From Carcharhinus longimanus (lineage: Eukaryota), in assembly GCA_030264375.1 (NCBI GenBank), contig JASCQW010000105.1, forward strand, positions 46,111,031-46,175,030: a DNA stretch of 64,000 nt. The letters run 5' to 3'. A program made the position numbers and the translations under genes. Under the pieces are notes generated by a model. That model saw only the letters and a program-made list of their open reading frames with translations. It had not been told where the DNA came from and searched no databases. This document shows, one piece after another, positions 62,132 to 64,000 of the stretch. The number at the start of each line of letters is the position of its first letter. Positions within the stretch are counted from its first letter, which is position 1.

Positions 62132-62800
62132 CTTTTCTTTATTCATTTGTGGGATGTATGCATCACAACTAAGGCCCGCATTATTATCCATCCCTAATTG
62201 CCCACAAGAAGATGGTGGTAAGCTGCCTTCTTGAACAGTTGCAGACCATGTGGTATACAAACATCCACAGTGCTATTAAGAAGGGAGTTCCAGAATTTTT
62301 AGCCAGTGATCGTGAAGGAACAGTGATAGAGTTACAAGTTAGAATGGTGCGTGACTTGAATGGGAAATTACAGGTGGTGGTGTTCCCTTGTATCTGCTAC
62401 ATTTGCCCTTCAAAGTGGTAAAGATCATGGGCTTGGAAGGTGCTGTAAAAGGAACTTCGGTGAGTTGCTGAAGTGCATTTTGCAGATGGAACATATTGCT
62501 GCCACTTTGTGTCAGTGGTGGAGGGATTAAACATTGCAGGTAGTGGATGCCTGCCAATCAAGTAATCTGCTTTGTCCTAGGTGATGTTCAGCTACTGGAG
62601 TCTTGTTGAAGCTATATTCATCTGGCAAGTGGAGAATATTTCATAACACTCCTGATTTGCAGATGGTTATCAGGCTTTGGGGTCAGCAAATGAGTTATTC
62701 TCTGCAGAATTCCCAATCTCTGACCTGTTCTAGTAGCCATGATGTGGGTATGCCGGCGTTGGACTGGCGTAAACACAGTAAAAAGCAGTTTCTGGTCAAT
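62132..62800 (-). mobile_element. LINE 3' region (CR1/L2 supergroup) whose tail is shared with the 26346 SINE
   Basis: ttattcatttgtgggatgt...ccatccctaattgccc...ggtggtaagctgccttcttgaac...gggagttccag; antisense C-terminal ORF2 remnants. Confidence 0.7.
62740..62785 (-). mobile_element. Solitary PLE tail
   Basis: tgatgtgggtatgccggcgttggactggcgtaaacacagtaaaaag is the reverse complement of the tail seen at 41085-41127 and 50855-50899. Confidence 0.8.
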
Positions 62801-62805
62801 AATAT

Positions 62806-63872
62806 TGGCCGTGATTCTCTCAAAAAAAAATTAAGTGCCAAATTTGCAAAAATCCTGCTGGTTTCTTTTTAGCAGGGCTTTCAAAATGAATTTCCCACGC
62901 TCTGAGCACTGAATTGCCGTAGCAAGATTCAAGTTAAAAATCCAGGGACAGGGCTGGGAAGGCCAGCAGCACAGCACTAAGCTAGCCATTGCGCATCTGC
63001 AAATCTGTCAGAACAAAGATTGGCGCACTGCCAGCCTCCCGATCACTGGCCAGCACAACAACCTCCATCGTGGCCATACGCCCCCAAACACCCCCTCCCC
63101 TGATCATGGGCATCCCGGATGTCATTAGGCCAGCCAACACCCCACCTCCAGTGACCCGTCTTGATCTCCCCAACCCAACCCCCTTGCCCCGGCATCCCAG
63201 TCTACCTGAATATCTGATCCCCAACCCTAGACCCAATCTCTCTGTCTTCCCCCCACACCCAACTTTGGCAGTCTCCACCACACACCCATAGACCCGACCC
63301 CAACAGTTTGCCCCAATCAGCCCCTTCCCTCCCTCTGTCACTGATCCTGATTGCAGAGTGGCTGTGGGTCCCCCAATCCCACTGATCAGCCTAAATCAAT
63401 AGGTCCCGCTCCTTTGGCACTGCCTAATGCTTGGTGGGCAGTGCCAAGAGCCCACTCGAGCATTACCATTTTGCCCTTGGGCAATGCCAGGGCTCCAGGC
63501 TGGCACTGCCAGGATGGCAATGCTCAGGGGCACCTCCCTAGTGCTTGATTGCCCCCCTTCACTCCAGTGGGGTCGGGCCACTGGCTCGTACTAAACCCCG
63601 CTGCAGTGAACCACTCCTGGCAGTGGGGGAAAAGGCTATCGGGCCTAGAAATTTCTTTCCCAGGCTTGTTAATGACATTTAAAACAGATTTAAACACTCA
63701 TTATAATAATTTATGCCACTCCGCGCTGGTTTATGGCGTGGAAATGATGGCGCTGGCTGCCTGAGATGCCTGAGGCTGTGATGCCCAGCGGGGAGCCTGC
63801 AAAACAGCCTCCACTCGAGTCTCCTGGCCATTTGTGGTACAAAAGCTGTGCAGTGGGCAGGGAGAATCCCTG
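62806..63872 (-). mobile_element. ~1.07-kb GC-rich non-autonomous TIR element
   Basis: Termini tggccgtgattctc / gggagaatccctga; homologous to 40992-42280; internal C-rich (c)cgatc-type repeats and gtgcc/ggcac palindromes. Confidence 0.7.
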
Positions 63873-64000
63873 ATTACTTTGATTTTATCCAAATGTTCTG
63901 CTGCAATAGCTTCTAACATTTTCCCTGCAGCATATGTAACTGGCCTATGTTTCTCCTCTTTCTGTCTCCCTTCCTTTTTTGAATAATGGAGTTACACATG

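Noticed and set aside
8301-62785. Recurrent ~40-nt sequence considered as a CRISPR-like repeat
   Set aside because: Copies are dispersed, not arrayed with spacers; they are PLE tails in a vertebrate genome.
62982-63341. Proline-rich and glycine-rich ORFs on both strands
   Set aside because: Produced by C-rich internal repeats of the non-autonomous TIR element.

Overview
Vertebrate, almost certainly shark (elasmobranch), genomic DNA from a draft assembly with many N gaps. I find no credible host protein-coding gene; the window looks like intergenic or deep-intronic DNA filled with decayed transposable elements. These include many CR1-type LINE fragments, L2, L1-clade and Rex1/Babar LINE fragments, and several tRNA-derived SINE families (HE1/V-SINE-like, Deu-domain and others). 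There is also one ancient Gypsy LTR element with both LTRs, a tRNA-Leu PBS and a 5-bp TSD, two probable solo LTRs, GG...CC-ended non-autonomous DNA elements and a tRNA-Ser pseudogene. The most notable signal is a graded series of Penelope-like (PLE) insertions of 46-620 bp that share an invariant ~40-nt tail, fold-back structure and often TSDs, and carry minimal hammerhead ribozyme motifs, one apparently intact at 50769-50808. All family names come from my recognition of motifs by eye, not from database searches. I see no clearly new multi-gene system.
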